DNA of 55,348 nt from contig NW_021833798.1 of assembly GCF_006345805.1 (NCBI RefSeq), forward strand, positions 1 through 55,348. The letters are read 5' to 3'. Within the stretch, counting starts at the first letter, position 1; every line of letters begins with the position of its first letter. A program made the translations under genes and the position numbers. This DNA comes from Octopus sinensis (taxonomy: Eukaryota). The notes beneath the pieces are model-generated. The model ran no database searches and was not told the origin of the DNA. It was given only the letters and a program-made list of their open reading frames with translations. Below, one piece after another: positions 10,892-24,700 of this stretch.

Positions 10892-13800
10892 GTATGTATA
10901 AAACAGCTGGTCCCTCTGTTTTTTGAACGTCATTGCTAAGATGTTCGAAATAGATGGTAGGGTAGGATACGGGCTTGTCACCCGCATGGGTACCCAGGTT
11001 ATTTAGGAAGTCGAAATACCCAGTGGCTGGTGCAGCAGTATTGTTGTTAGCTGCTACAAGGGTAAGGGAGATGTCTTGGAAGCCAAGTATAGAGTTTTAC
11101 AAGCAAGTATAAAATTACAGACAGGGTTACACCCCAATTAATGAGGAGTAGATTTCGGCTAGACGGAATGCTGTTTGGCCTTGCCTCCAGGGAGAAGCAT
11201 TATTGGTGCTATTTTTATAGTCAGGCGGTGAGCTGGCAGAATCGTTAGCATGCCGGGCGAAATGCATAGCCGTATTTCGTCTGTCGTTATGTTCCGAGTT
11301 CAAATTCCGCCGAGGTCAACTTTGCCGTTCATCCTTTCGGGGTCGATTAAATAAAGTACCAGTTTCCCACTGGGGTCGATGTAATCGACTTAATCCCTTT
11401 GTCTGTCCTTGTTTGTCCTCTCTGTGTTTAGCCCCTTGTGGGCAGTAAAGAAATAGGTTGGGAGATGAGATATGGGGAGTACATGACTGGGAAGTACCCA
11501 GCAAGTACAAGCAGAGACAAAATCCTTTTAGGACCCCATATAGACAGACCTTTTGAAGTAGAGTTAATCACCAATTGTCATTTGTCATCTCTTCCATAAG
11601 ACCCAACATCTTGAGATCAGCCATCACTACTTCATCTCATGGCTCTTCTTTCATAAGTTCCGTCCATTTTGAGCGACATCCGCTTCTTTATACAACTGCA
11701 TTCATCCATAGATATCACATAACCAAACATAACATACTCCCCTCTTTTCCACATGTCTCTTCTCTTTCCACAAGTTCCATCCATTTTAAGTGATGGCCAC
11801 ATCTTTATGTACCCGCTTTCATCCAAAAACATCACATATCCAAACCGACACAGCCGTCTCTTTTCCATGTCTCATGTCTCTTCTCCTTCCGCAAGTTCCA
11901 TCCATTTTAAGTGATGGCCACATCTTTATGTACCCGCTTTCATCCAAAAACATCACATGTCCAAACCAACACAGTCCCTTCTTTTCCACGTCTCATGTCT
12001 CTTCTCCTTCCGCAAGTTCCATCCATTTTAGACGACAGCCTTTTCTTTATACAACTGTATTCAGCCATATTGCGGATTCCATGGACAGCGAGGCCAACCA
12101 ATGGAGAAGTTCTTAAGCAGATCAGGCCGAAAATGTCGCTAGAAGCTAGGATCACCAAGCATAGACTGGCATATTTCGGTCATATTATGCGGAGAAAATC
12201 CCTGGAGAAGGACATCATGCTTGGAATGGTCAGTGGCAAGAGAGGAAGAGGCCGACCAATGGAGAAGTTCTTAAGCAGATCAGGCCGAAAATGTCGCTAG
12301 AAGCTAGGATCACCAAGCATAGTTGGCATATTTCGGTCATATTATGCGGAGGAAATATCTGGAGAAGGACATCATGCTCGGAATGGTCAGTGGCAAGAGA
12401 GGAAGAGGCCAACCAATGGAGAAGTTCTTAAGCAGATCAGGCCGAAAATGTCGCTAGAAGCTAGGATCACAAGCGTAGATTGGCATATTTCGGTCATATT
12501 ATGCGGAGGAAGTCCCTGGAGAAGGACATCATGCTCGGAATGGTCAGTGGCAAGAGAGGAAGAGGCCGACCAATGGAGAAGTTCTTAAGCAGATCAGGCC
12601 GAAAATGTCGCTAGAAGCTAGGATCACCAAGCATAGTTGGCATATTTCGGTCATATTATGCGGAGGAAATATCTGGAGAAGGACATCATGCTCGGAATGG
12701 TCAGTGGCAAGAGAGGAAGAGGCCGACCAATGGAGAAGTTCTTAAGCAGATCAGGCCGAAAATGTCGCTAGAAGCTAGGATCACCAAGCGTAGATTGGCA
12801 TATTTCGGTCATATTATGCGGAGGAAATATCTGGAGAAGGACATCATGCTCGGAATGGTCAGTGGCAAGAGAGGAAGAGGCCGACCAAGAACCCGCTGGC
12901 TTGACACCATCAGGAGTGATACCGGAATGGACATGACCAATCTGAAGGAAGCGGCCCAGGATAGAACTGACTGGAGGACACTGATCCAACGAGTGACCGA
13001 GCGTCGACTTCGACTGAGCGAATAGAGAGAGATTCAGCCATATACATCACATGTCCAAACTAATAAAGTCCCCTCTTTCCCATGTCTCTTCTCTAACAAT
13101 TCCATCTAGTTTAAGCGACAGCCACTTCTTTATGCAACTGTCTTCATCCATACACACCACATGCCCAAACTAACACAGTACCTCCTTTCCCACATCTCAT
13201 GTTTCTTCTTCCACATGTTCTATCTAATTTAAGCGACAGCCACTTCTTTATGCTGCTCTCTTCATCAATACCCATCACATGTCCAAACCATCACAGTCCC
13301 TTCTTTTGCACATCTCATATCTCTTCTCCTTCCGCAAGTTCCATCCATTTTAGACGACAGCCTCTTCTTTATACAACTGTATTCAGCCATATACATCACA
13401 TGCCCAAACTAACACAGTACCTCCTTTCCTACATCTCATGTTTCTTCTCCTTCCACATGTTCCATCCATTTTAAGTGACAGCCACTTCTTTATGCTACTC
13501 TCTTCATCAATACACACCACATGTCCAAACCATCACAGTACCCTCTTTACCACATCTCATGTCTCTTCTCTCACAATTCCATCTAATTTAAGCGACAGCC
13601 ACTTCTTTATGCAACTGTCTTCATCCATACACATCACATGCCCAAACCAACACAGTCGTCTCTTTTCCACACTCCCTCTTATGCCTAATTTTTTCTCAAT
13701 ACACAAGCACTTGATCATACATGCACACTGATGTTGAACATCCAACAGAGCATACTAACTTCATTCCTCTCTAGTCTTCGGTTGTCCTTTTCATTCATGG

Positions 13801-15738
13801 CCCATTTTTCACTACCATGTAGCATTGCTCTTCATTCACAAAAATATTACAATCTACATTTTTATGCAGAGAGATCTTTTGTTGCCCGTAAGTGTAATGG
13901 CTCTCTGAATTTTATCCATCCTATTTTTATTCTTGCAGCTGTAATTTAAAAACAATCAAATGCATAAATTTAATAAGAATTTTATATTTACAGACTTATA
14001 AAGATAAGTTTGTTTTAAATATTTTTCCAGATTGCGCCAGTGCCCAGATCGACCTTGTTTTCCTGATTGATTCATCCGGAAGTGTTCAAGAGCCTAACTT
14101 TAATAAGACAAAAAACTTCTTGGAAAATATTGTGCGTAATCTAGACATTGGTCCAAATAAGACACGTGTTGCAGTGATTAGATTTTCAAGTTTTTCTCTT
14201 GTGTCATTTTCCTTAAGTGCCCACAGTACGAACTCTGCAGTAATAAAGGCTATTGACGCTATAAGTTATGATGATGGTAGTAGTACTGCTACGGACTTGG
14301 CTCTTGACGAAGTACGTACCAGTGTCTTTACAAATACAAGAAAATCTGTTGCTGCAAAAGTTTTAGTTTTGGTCACAGATGGACACTCAAATAGTGAAAT
14401 TAGAACAGTAACGGCAGCTCAGAAACTGAAAGATGACGGCGTCACTATATTTACAATTGGAGTTGCCAATCCAAGAGTGTCTGAGTTAACTGCAGCAGCA
14501 AGTGAACCCAGTTGTACACATTTCATCAACTTGAAAGATTATAATGAGATTGGTTTTATTGTGAGGGAAATTGAATCTGATTCCTGTGAAGGTAAGTCTG
14601 ATGTTTAATAATTGTCATTATCAGTGGTGGTGGTAGGCGGTGAGCTGGCAGAATCGTTAGCACACCGGGTGAGATGCTTAGCAGTATTTCGTCTGCAACT
14701 ATGTTCTGAGCTCAAATTCCATCAAGGTCGACTTTGTCTTTCATCTTTTCGGGGTCAGTGAATTAAGTATATATATATATAGGCGCAGGAGTGGCTGTGT
14801 GGTAAGTAGCTAGCTAACCAACCATATTGTTCCGGGTTCAGTCCCTCTGCGTGGCATCTTGGGCAAGTGTCTTCTGCTATAGCCCCGGGCCGACCAATGC
14901 CTTGTGAGTGGATTTGGTAGACGGAAACTGAAAGAAGCCTGCCGTATATATGTATGTATATATATATATATATGTGTGTGTATGTGTTTGTCTCCCTAGC
15001 ATTGCTTGACAACCGATGCTGGTGTGTTTACGTCCCCGTCACTTAGCGGTTTGGCAAAAGAGACCGATAGAATAAGTACTGGGCTTACAAAAGAATAAGT
15101 CCCGGGGTCGAGTTTGCTCGACTAAAGGCGGTGCTCCAGCATGGCCGCAGTGAAGTGACTGAAACAAGTAAAAGAGTAAAAGAGTATATATATTTCCTTC
15201 AGGCCGAACTTGTAGCCAGGGGCCATGGAGCTGGTCACAGTAGTTAAATGAGGCACTGGCAATGACCTCGCTCGAATGCTTTTTCACATGCCACCAGCAC
15301 AAGTGCTAGTAAGGCAACACAGGTAATGATCGCGCTCAAATGATGTTTTTAATGTGCCATCGGCTCGGAGGCCAGCTTGTTGCTCTGGCCCCGATCTCAC
15401 TCGTATGGTTCTCTTAGTGCTCCACTAGCACGGATGCCAGTCATCGAATTCGATTTTGATTTTAACTAGCCTCAACAAGTTTTTGCAAGCAGAGTTTAGT
15501 GTCCAATGAAGGAAAAGCATGCATAAGTGGGCCGGTTACACCCCTGGCATAGGCCACAAGGTTATGGTCTCAGTTGCGCTTGCCAAGTCTTCTCAAGCAC
15601 AGCATATTTCCAGGGGTCCCGGTCACCAGTCATTGCCTCAGTGAGGTCCAGTGTTTGAAGGTCATGCTTCACCATCTCATCCCAGGTCTTCCTGGGTCTA
15701 CCTCTTCCACAGGTTCCCTCAACTGCTAGAGTGTGGCA

Positions 15739-15777
<39 letters not shown>

Positions 15778-18700
15778 TATATATATATCATCATCATCAT
15801 CATCATCATCGTTTAACGTCCGCTTTCCATGCTAGCATGGGTTGGACGGTTCAACTGGGGTCTGGCAAGCCCGAAGGCTGCACCAGGCCAGTCAGATCTG
15901 GCAGTGTTTCTACAGCTGGATGCCCTTCCTAACGCCAACCACTCCGAGAGTGTAGTGGCTGATTTTATGTGCCACCGACACAGGTGCCAGACGAGGCTAT
16001 ATATATATATATTAAAGTATATTTATTACTTAATTATTTTATTGTTATTTTAATTTTAATATTTCTATTATATGTAATTTTCTAGATGGTGTAATTTAAT
16101 TGTTCATTTTGAATTGATAACAAGTGTTTTTTTTCCTAATTATATATATATGTGTGTGTGTGTGTGTGTATAGGCATAGGAGTGGCTGTGTGGTAAGTAG
16201 CTTGCTTACGAACCACATGGTTCTGGGTTCAGTCCAAGCAAAGCCAGGCTGTACTGCTAGTTATATTATATTATATTATATGATATACCATATGGTATGG
16301 TATGGTATGGTATGGTATTGTATTGTATTGTATTTAACTGCTATATTGTGTTTTCTTAAATGTTACCTTCTGTCTTCAGCTCCGGCCGTTGTTCAGAACG
16401 AAACTTCATTACTCAATATGGCCATTCCAAAAACTAACGAGACAAAACAACAAGTCCTGCAGATCAACAACATGGCAAAGTCCACCTTGGGTACAACAGT
16501 TCTGGTAAGATGAATATTCTAGAACAATATCAACTGAGTTGTGGTTTTCTAATTTTATGGATGAGTGAGAAAGACGGGACAGTACCCATAAACCTCTTAG
16601 TCCTTCCAAGACTGGATGGTCACATTCTTATTATTAATGTTTAATTGGGAGATTTATGGCTGCAAGATAAATGTGGACAAAGGAGGGAATTCTGGAGAGT
16701 GGGTCGACATTGTGTGGGTGGAGAAAGGATTGGGCATAGTGGTTAGTACAGGAAAAGTGGGGTTTAGACATAGAATGTGTGATGAAGAGGGCAGAAACGG
16801 GTGTGCCAAATTTAGTTTGAAGTGGCTGGTATGTAAATAGCTACTTCTGAGAAGACAATGTTGTAGTAAGGTGGAAGAGACAATAGGTGGACACAGAGGG
16901 TTTAAGGGACACAGTTTGGACGTCTTTTCTAAATGAAGCAGTCAGATGAAATCAGGGACACTCTTTTACTCTTTTACTTGTTTCAGTCATTTGACTGCGG
17001 CCATGCTGGAGCACCGCCTTTAATCGAGCAACTCGACCCCGGGACTTATTCTTTTGTAAGCCCAGTACTTATTCTATCGGTCTCTTTATTTGACCAGAGG
17101 CTATAGTAGAAGACACTTGCCCAAGATGCCACGCAGTGGGACTGAACCCGGAACCATGTGGTTGGTAAACAAGCTACTTACCACACAGCCACACCTGCAC
17201 CTATAACACTGTATATGTTATATGCTTTTCATGAGTGTCCAGTTTAGTGCAGTCACTGTATATTATATCTATTGTTATTTTCTCCAGGTGAATGTCCAGT
17301 GTGGTGTGGTCACTCTGTATATTATATCTGTTGTTATTTTGTCCAGGTGAATGTCCAGTGTGGTGTGGTCACTCTGTATATTATATCTGTTATTCTTTTT
17401 TCTGGGTGAATGTCCAGTGTGGTGTGGTCACTCTGTATATTATATCTGTTGTTATTTTCTGCAGGTGAATGTCCAGTGTGGTGTGGTCACTCTGTATATT
17501 ATATCTGTTGTTATTTTCTGCAGGTGAATGTCCAGTGTGGTGTGGTCACTCTGTATATTATATCTGTTGTTATTTTCTCCAAGTGACTATCCAGTGTGGT
17601 GTGGTCACTGTGTATATTATATCTGTTGTTATTTTCTCCAAGTGACTATCCAGTGTGGTGTGGTCACTCTGTATATTATATCTGTTGTTCTTTTTTCTGG
17701 GTGAATGTCCAGTGTGGTGTTGTCACTCTGTATATTATATCTGTTGTTATTTTCTGCAGGTGAATGTCCAGTGTGGTGTGGTCACTCTGTATATTATATC
17801 TGTTGTTATTTTCTGCAGGTGAATGTCCAGTGTGGTGTGGTCACTCTGTATATTATATCTGTTGTTATTTTCTCCAGGTGAATGTCCAGTGTGGTGTGGT
17901 CACTGTGTATATTATATCTGTTGTTATGTTCTCCAGGTGAATGTCCAGTGTGGTGTGGTCACTCTGTATATTATATCTGTTGTTATTTTCTCCAGGTGAA
18001 TGTCCAGTGTGGTGTGGTCACTCTGTATGTTATATCTGTTGTTGTTTTCTCCAGGTGAATGTCCAGTGTGGTGTGGTCACTCTGTATATTATATCTGTTG
18101 TTATGTTCTCCAGGTGAATGTCCAGTGTGGTGTGGTCACTCTGTATGTTATATCTGTTGTTATGTTCTCCATGTGAATGTCCAGTGTGGTGTGGTCACTC
18201 TGTATGTTATATCTGTTGTTATTTTCTCTAGGTGAATGTCCAGTGTGGTGTGGTCACTCTGTATGTTATATCTGTTGTTATTTTCTCCAGGTGAATGTCC
18301 AGTGTGGTGTGGTCACTCTGTATATTATATCTGTTGTTATGTTCTCCTGGTGAATGTCCAGTGTGGTGTGGTCACTCTGTATATTATATCTGTTGTTATT
18401 TTCTCCAGGTGAATGTCCAGTGTGGTGTGGTCACTCTGTATATTATATCTGTTGTTATGTTCTCCATGTGAATGTCCGGTGTGGTGTGGTCACTGTGTAT
18501 ATTATATCTGTTGTTATGTTCTCCAGGTGAATGTCCAGTGTGGTGTGGTCACTCTGTATGTTATATCTGTTGTTATGTTCTCCATGTGAATGTCCAGTGT
18601 GGTGTGGTCACTCTGTATGTTATATCTGTTGTTATTTTCTCCAGGTGAATGTCCAGTGTGGTGTGGTCACTCTGTATGTTATATCTGTTGTTATTTTCTC

Positions 18701-21700
18701 CAGGTGAATGTCCAGTGTGGTGTGGTCACTCTGTATATTATATCTGTTGTTATGTTCTCCTGGTGAATGTCCAGTGTGGTGTGGTCACTCTGTATATTAT
18801 ATCTGTTGTTATTTTCTCCAGGTGAATGTCCGGTGTGGTGTGGTCACTCTGTATATTATATCTGTTGTTATGTTCTCCAGGTGAATGTCCAGTGTGGTGT
18901 GGTCACTCTGTATGTTATATCTGTTGTTATGTTCTCCATGTGAATGTCCAGTGTGGTGTGGTCACTCTGTATGTTATATCTGTTGTTATTTTCTCCAGGT
19001 GAATGTCCAGTGTGGTGTGGTCACTCTGTATATTATATCTGTTGTTATTTTCTCCAGGTGAATGTCCAGTGTGGTGTGGTCACTCTGTATATTATATCTG
19101 TTGTTATGTTCTCCTGGTGAATGTCCAGTGTGGTGTGGTCACTCTGTATATTATATCTGTTGTTATTTTCTCCAGGTGAATGTCCAGTGTGGTGTGGTCA
19201 CTGTATATTATATCTGTTGTTATGTTCTCCATGTGAATGTCCGGTGTGGTGTGGTCACTGTGTATATTATATCTGTTGTTATTTTCTGCAGGTGAATGTC
19301 CAGTGTGGTGTGGTCACTCTGTATATTATATCTGTTGTTATGTTCTCCATGTGAGTGTCCGGTGTGGTGTGGTCACTGTGTCTATTATATCTGTTGTTAT
19401 TTTCTCCATATGAATGTCCCGTGTGGTGTGGTCACTCTGTATATTATATCTGTTGTTATTTTCTGCAGGTGAATGTCCAGTGTGGTGTGGTCACTCTGTA
19501 TATTATATCTGTTGTTATTTTCTCCAAGTGACTATCCAGTGTGGTGTGGTCACTCTGTATATTATATCTGTTGTTCTTTTTTCTGGGTGAATGTCCAGTG
19601 TGGTGTTGTCACTCTGTATATTATATCTGTTGTTATTTTCTCCAGGTGAATGTCCAGGGTGGTGTGGTCACTGTGTATATTATATGTATTGTTTTGTTCT
19701 CCAGGTGAATGTCCAGTGTGTTGTGGTCACTCTGTATATTATATCTGTTGTTATTTTCTCCAGGTGAGTGTCCAGTGTGGTGTGGTCACTCTGTATATTA
19801 TATCTGTTGTTATTTTCTCCAGGTGAATGTCCAGTGTGGTGTGGTCACTCTGTATATTATATCTGTTGTTATGTTCTCCAGGTGAATGTCCAGTGTGGTG
19901 TGGTCACTCTGTATATTATATCTGTTGTTATTTTCTCCAGGTGAATGTCCAGTGTGGTGTGGTCGCTCTGTATATTATATCTGTTGTTATTTTCTGCAGG
20001 TGAATGTCCAGTGTGGTGTGGTCACTCTGTATATTATATCTGTTGTTATGTTCTCAAGGTGAATGTCCAGTGTGGTGTGGTCACTCTGTATATTATATCT
20101 GTTGTTATGTTCTCCAGGTGAATGTCCAGTGTGGTGTGGTCACTCTGTATACTATATCTGTTGTTATTTTCTCCAGGTGAATGTCCAGTGTGGTGTGGTC
20201 ACTCTGTATATTATATCTGTTGTTATTTTCTCCATGTGAATGTCCAGTGTGGTGTGGTCACTCTGTATATTATATCTGTTGTTATTTTCTCCAGGTGAAT
20301 GTCCAGTGTGGTGTGGTCACTGTATATTATATCTGTTGTTATTTTCTCCAGGTGAATGTCCAGTGTGGTGTGGTCACTCTGTATGTTATATCTGTTGTTA
20401 TTTTCTCCAGGTGAATGTCCAGTGTGGTGTGGTCACTCTGTATGTTATATCTGTTGTTATTTTCTCCAGGTGAATGTCCAGTGTGGTGTGGTCACTCTGT
20501 ATATTATATCTGTTCTTATTTTCTGCAGGTGAATGTCCAGTGTGGTGTGGTCACTCTGTATATTATATCTGTTGTTATTTTCTGCAGGTGAATGTCCAGT
20601 GTGGTGTGGTCACTCTGTATATTATATCTGTTGTTATTTTCTCCAGGTGAATGTCCAGTGTGGTGTGGTCACTCTGTATGTTATATCTGTTTTTATTTTC
20701 TCCATGTGAATGTCCAGTGTGGTGTGGTCACTCTGTATGTTATATCTGTTTTTATTTTCTCCATGTGAATGTCCAGTGTGGTGTGGTCACTCTGTATGTT
20801 ATATCTGTTCTTATTTTCTGCAGGTGAATGTCCAGTGTGGTGTGGTCACTCTGTATATTATATCTGTTGTTATTTTCTGCAGGTGAATGTCCAGTGTGGT
20901 GTGGTCACTCTGTATATTATATCTGTTGTTATTTTCTCCAGGTGAATGTCCAGTGTGGTGTGGTCACTCTGTATGTTATATCTGTTGTTATTTTCTCCAG
21001 GTGAATGTCCAGTGTGGTGTGGTCACTCTGTATGTTATATCTGTTGTTATTTTCTCTATGTGAATGTCCAGTGCTGTGTGGTTACTCTGTATATTATATC
21101 TGTTCTTATTTTCTGCAGGTGAATGTCCAGTGTGGTGTGGTCACTCTGTATATTATATCTGTTGTTATTTTCTGCAGGTGAATGTCCAGTGTGGTGTGGT
21201 CACTCTGTATATTATATCTGTTCTTATTTTCTGCAGGTGAATGTCCAGTGTGGTGTGGTCACTCTGTATATTATATCTGTTCTTATTTTCTGCAGGTGAA
21301 TGTCCAGTGTGGTGTGGTCACTCTGTATATTATATCTGTTGTTATTTTCTGCAGGTGAATGTCCAGTGTGGTGTGGTCACTCAGTATATTATATCTGTTG
21401 TTATGTTCTCCAGGTGAATGTCCAGTGTGGTGTGGTCACTCTGTATATTATATCTGTTGTTATTTTCTCTAGGTGAATGTCCAGTGTGGTGTGGTCACTC
21501 TGTATATTATATCTGTTGTTATGTTCTCCAGGTGAATGTCCAGTGTGGTGTGGTCACTCTGTATATTATATCTGTTGTTATGTTCTCCAGGTGAATGTCC
21601 AGTGTTGTGTGGTCACTCTGTATATTATATCTGTTGTTATGTTCTCCAGGTGAATGTTCAGTGTGGTCTGGTCACTCTGTATATTATATCTGTTGTTATT

Positions 21701-24700
21701 TTCTCCAGGTGAATGTCCAGTGTGGTGTGGTCACTCTGTATATTATATCTGTTGTTATTTTCTCCATGTGAATGTCCAGTGTGGTCTGGTCACTCTGTAT
21801 ATTATATCTGTTGTTATTTTCTCCAGGTGAATGTCCAGTGTGGTGTGGTCACTGTATATTATATCTGTTGTTATTTTCTCCAGGTGAATGTCCAATGTGG
21901 TGTGGTCACTTTGTATATTATATCTGTTGTTATTTTCTCCAGGTGAATGTCCAGTGTGGTGTGGTCACTCTGTATATTATATCTGTTGTTATTTTCTCCA
22001 GGTGAATGTCCAGTGTGGTGTGGTCACTCTGTATATTATATCTGTTGTTATGTTCTCCAGGTGAATGTCCAGTGTGGTCTGGTCACTCTGTATATTATAT
22101 CTGTTGTTATTTTCTCCAGGTGAGTGTCCAGTGTGGTGTGGTCACTCTGTATATTATATCTGTTGTTATTTTCTCCATGTGAATGTCCAGTGTGGTCTGG
22201 TCACTCTGTATATTATATCTGTTGTTATTTTCTCCAGGTGAATGTCCAGTGTGGTGTGGTCACTGTATATTATATCTGTTGTTATTTTCTCCAGGTGAAT
22301 GTCCAATGTGGTGTGGTCACTTTGTATATTATATCTGTTGTTATTTTCTCCAGGTGAATGTCCAGTGTGGTGTGGTCACTCTGTATATTATATCTGTTGT
22401 TATTTTCTCCAGGTGAATGTCCAGTGTGGTGTGGTCACTGTATATTATATCTGTTGCTATTTTCTCCAGGTGAATGTCCAATGTGGTGTGGTCACTTTGT
22501 ATATTATATCTGTTGTTATTTTCTCTAGGTGAATGTCCAGTGTGGTGTGGTCACTGTGTATATTATATCTGTTGTTATATTCTCCAGGTGAATGTCCAGT
22601 GTGGTGTGGTCACTCTGTATATTATATCTGTTGTTATATTCTCCAGGTGAATTTCCAGTTTGGTGTGGTCACTCTGTATATTATAACTGTTGTTATTTTC
22701 TGTGGGTGAGTACCCAATTTGGTGCGGTCACTCTGTATGTTACATCTATTGTTATTTTCTCCAGGTGGGTGTCCAGTGTGGTGTGGTCACTGTGTACGCT
22801 TCATTTAACAACAGTTATCCCAATGAAGCCGACTACGACTACGAGGATTGGGCAACTGACAATAAGCCGGGCAAATTATTTCTTGTACAAAAATCAGAAC
22901 TTGATCAGCTTTTCCTTACTGTTCTTTCCAAGAAACGATTTGATCTCAATTCCTCAGCCTGTGACAATCCTTCCTACAACATCAGCTTCAAAACAACAGG
23001 TAAGCTACTTCATTTTCTTTTATACATTGTTCTATAATATCCTTTTCAAACTCCACCCGTCTAACACCCGTGGACATGTTTACAAAGTCAGAAAACAGCA
23101 CAGCTCCCATGACTTTCGGAAACGTTTTTTCATGCTGAGAGTTGCTGAAGCATGGAACAAACTGCTGGCATCAGTTGTTAGTTGTTGGAGCACTGCATCC
23201 TTCAAAACTTCCATGCTTTCTAAGATTCGCCAACACTACACCTGATTTTCTCTCCTCCATACACACGCAAGCATGTATCTGACTCATACATTGTACATTA
23301 CTGCATATGCTTTATATGCACTTTCTGACAAGTTGTGGTGTACCTGAGCACTGTATACAATAATTTCATTATCATTATTATTATAATCTTTATATCTTTA
23401 ATGTAAAGGCTGTAGATTACGGAATGATCAGTGAACCCTTTTGCATTCAAACTGGACATATCCGGCCCAAATATCCTACCTGTTTTATGTTCAGACTGGG
23501 GCTGCTCTAATATTTTTTTCCTCTGCTATTTCATATCAATCTATGAATGCGTGAAACATCAGATGAAAATGAAACGTCATCATCATCATCATCATCATCG
23601 TTTAACGTCCGTTTTCTACGCTAGCACGGGTTGGACGGTTCGACCAGGGTCTTGGAAGCCAAGGAGGCTGCACCAGGCTCCTGTCTGATCTAGCAGTGTT
23701 TCTACAGCTGGATGCCCTTCCTAACACCAACCACTTCATGAGTGTAGCGGGTGCTTTTTACGTGCCACCGGCACAGGTGCCAGGGGAGTCGCCAATCCTA
23801 ACCTTGCTGACAGCCTCTTTGTATAGGGCCTGTACAGCCCTTATTAGCCATTCGTCAATCTCCAGTTTCCGCATCGACCACCAGATAAGGGATTGGGGGA
23901 CCCTGTGAAAGGCTTTTTTAGGTTCTTGAAAGCAGGTAGGTGATGGGTGGGGGAAGGAGCAGTGAACGTTTCTTTAAGAAAAATTAAACTTTAAAAAGAA
24001 ATATATTTCCTAGATTCGTAATCTCTTTCTCTTTCTCTTTTACTTGTTTCAGTCATTTGACTGCGGCCATGCTGGAGCACCTCCTTTAGTCGAGCAAATC
24101 GACCCCGGGACTTATTCTTTGCAAGCCCAGTACTTATTCTATTGGTCTCTTTGCCGAACTGCTTAGTGACGGGGACATAAACACACCAGCATCGGTTGTC
24201 AAGCAATGCTAGGGGACAAACACAGACACACAAACATACACACACATACATATATACGACAGGCTTCTTTCAATTTCCATCCACCAAATCCACTCACAAG
24301 GCTTTGGTCGGCCCGGGGCTATAGCAGAAGACACTTGCCCAAGGTGCCACGCAGTGGGACTGAACCCGGAACCATGTGGTTGGTAAGCAAGCTACTTACC
24401 ACACAGCCACTCCTGCGCCTATGTGATCTTTCTTAAGAAAAGAAAACACTTCTATGCAAACCCATGCAAAGTGTACCTTCCCTTTTCACTTTTAAACAAG
24501 CAATAATAAACAAGCAGTGATGATTCTGCCCATAAGAAAGGAACAAATAATACAATATGGCTGTATGCATTGCTAATCTTTATATATAAAAGTGAGGTTG
24601 TGTGCTGTCTGTCTCCTACGATTTAGATTCCTATCTACTCCCACATTTTGCGGTGCAGTTTAACCAAAACTGGGTATCTTATAGTCGTGATTCATATCGA

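Noticed and set aside
10223-10987. YI-repeat ORFs, and similar HT/CV/MY ORFs at 36851-37696, 45064-45566 and 52377-52780
   Set aside because: Translations of (TA)n, (TATG)n and (CA)n microsatellites.
17208-22797. CRISPR-like appearance of the 59-bp array
   Set aside because: Units are contiguous near-identical repeats with no unique spacers, no cas genes and a eukaryotic context; the unit is explained by the exon 5 junction.
19062-23245. Track ORFs of 77 aa (MSSVVWSLC...) and 217 aa in or after the array
   Set aside because: They are products of repeat periodicity and 57-bp variants; only 22765-22999 has complex sequence and proper splice sites.
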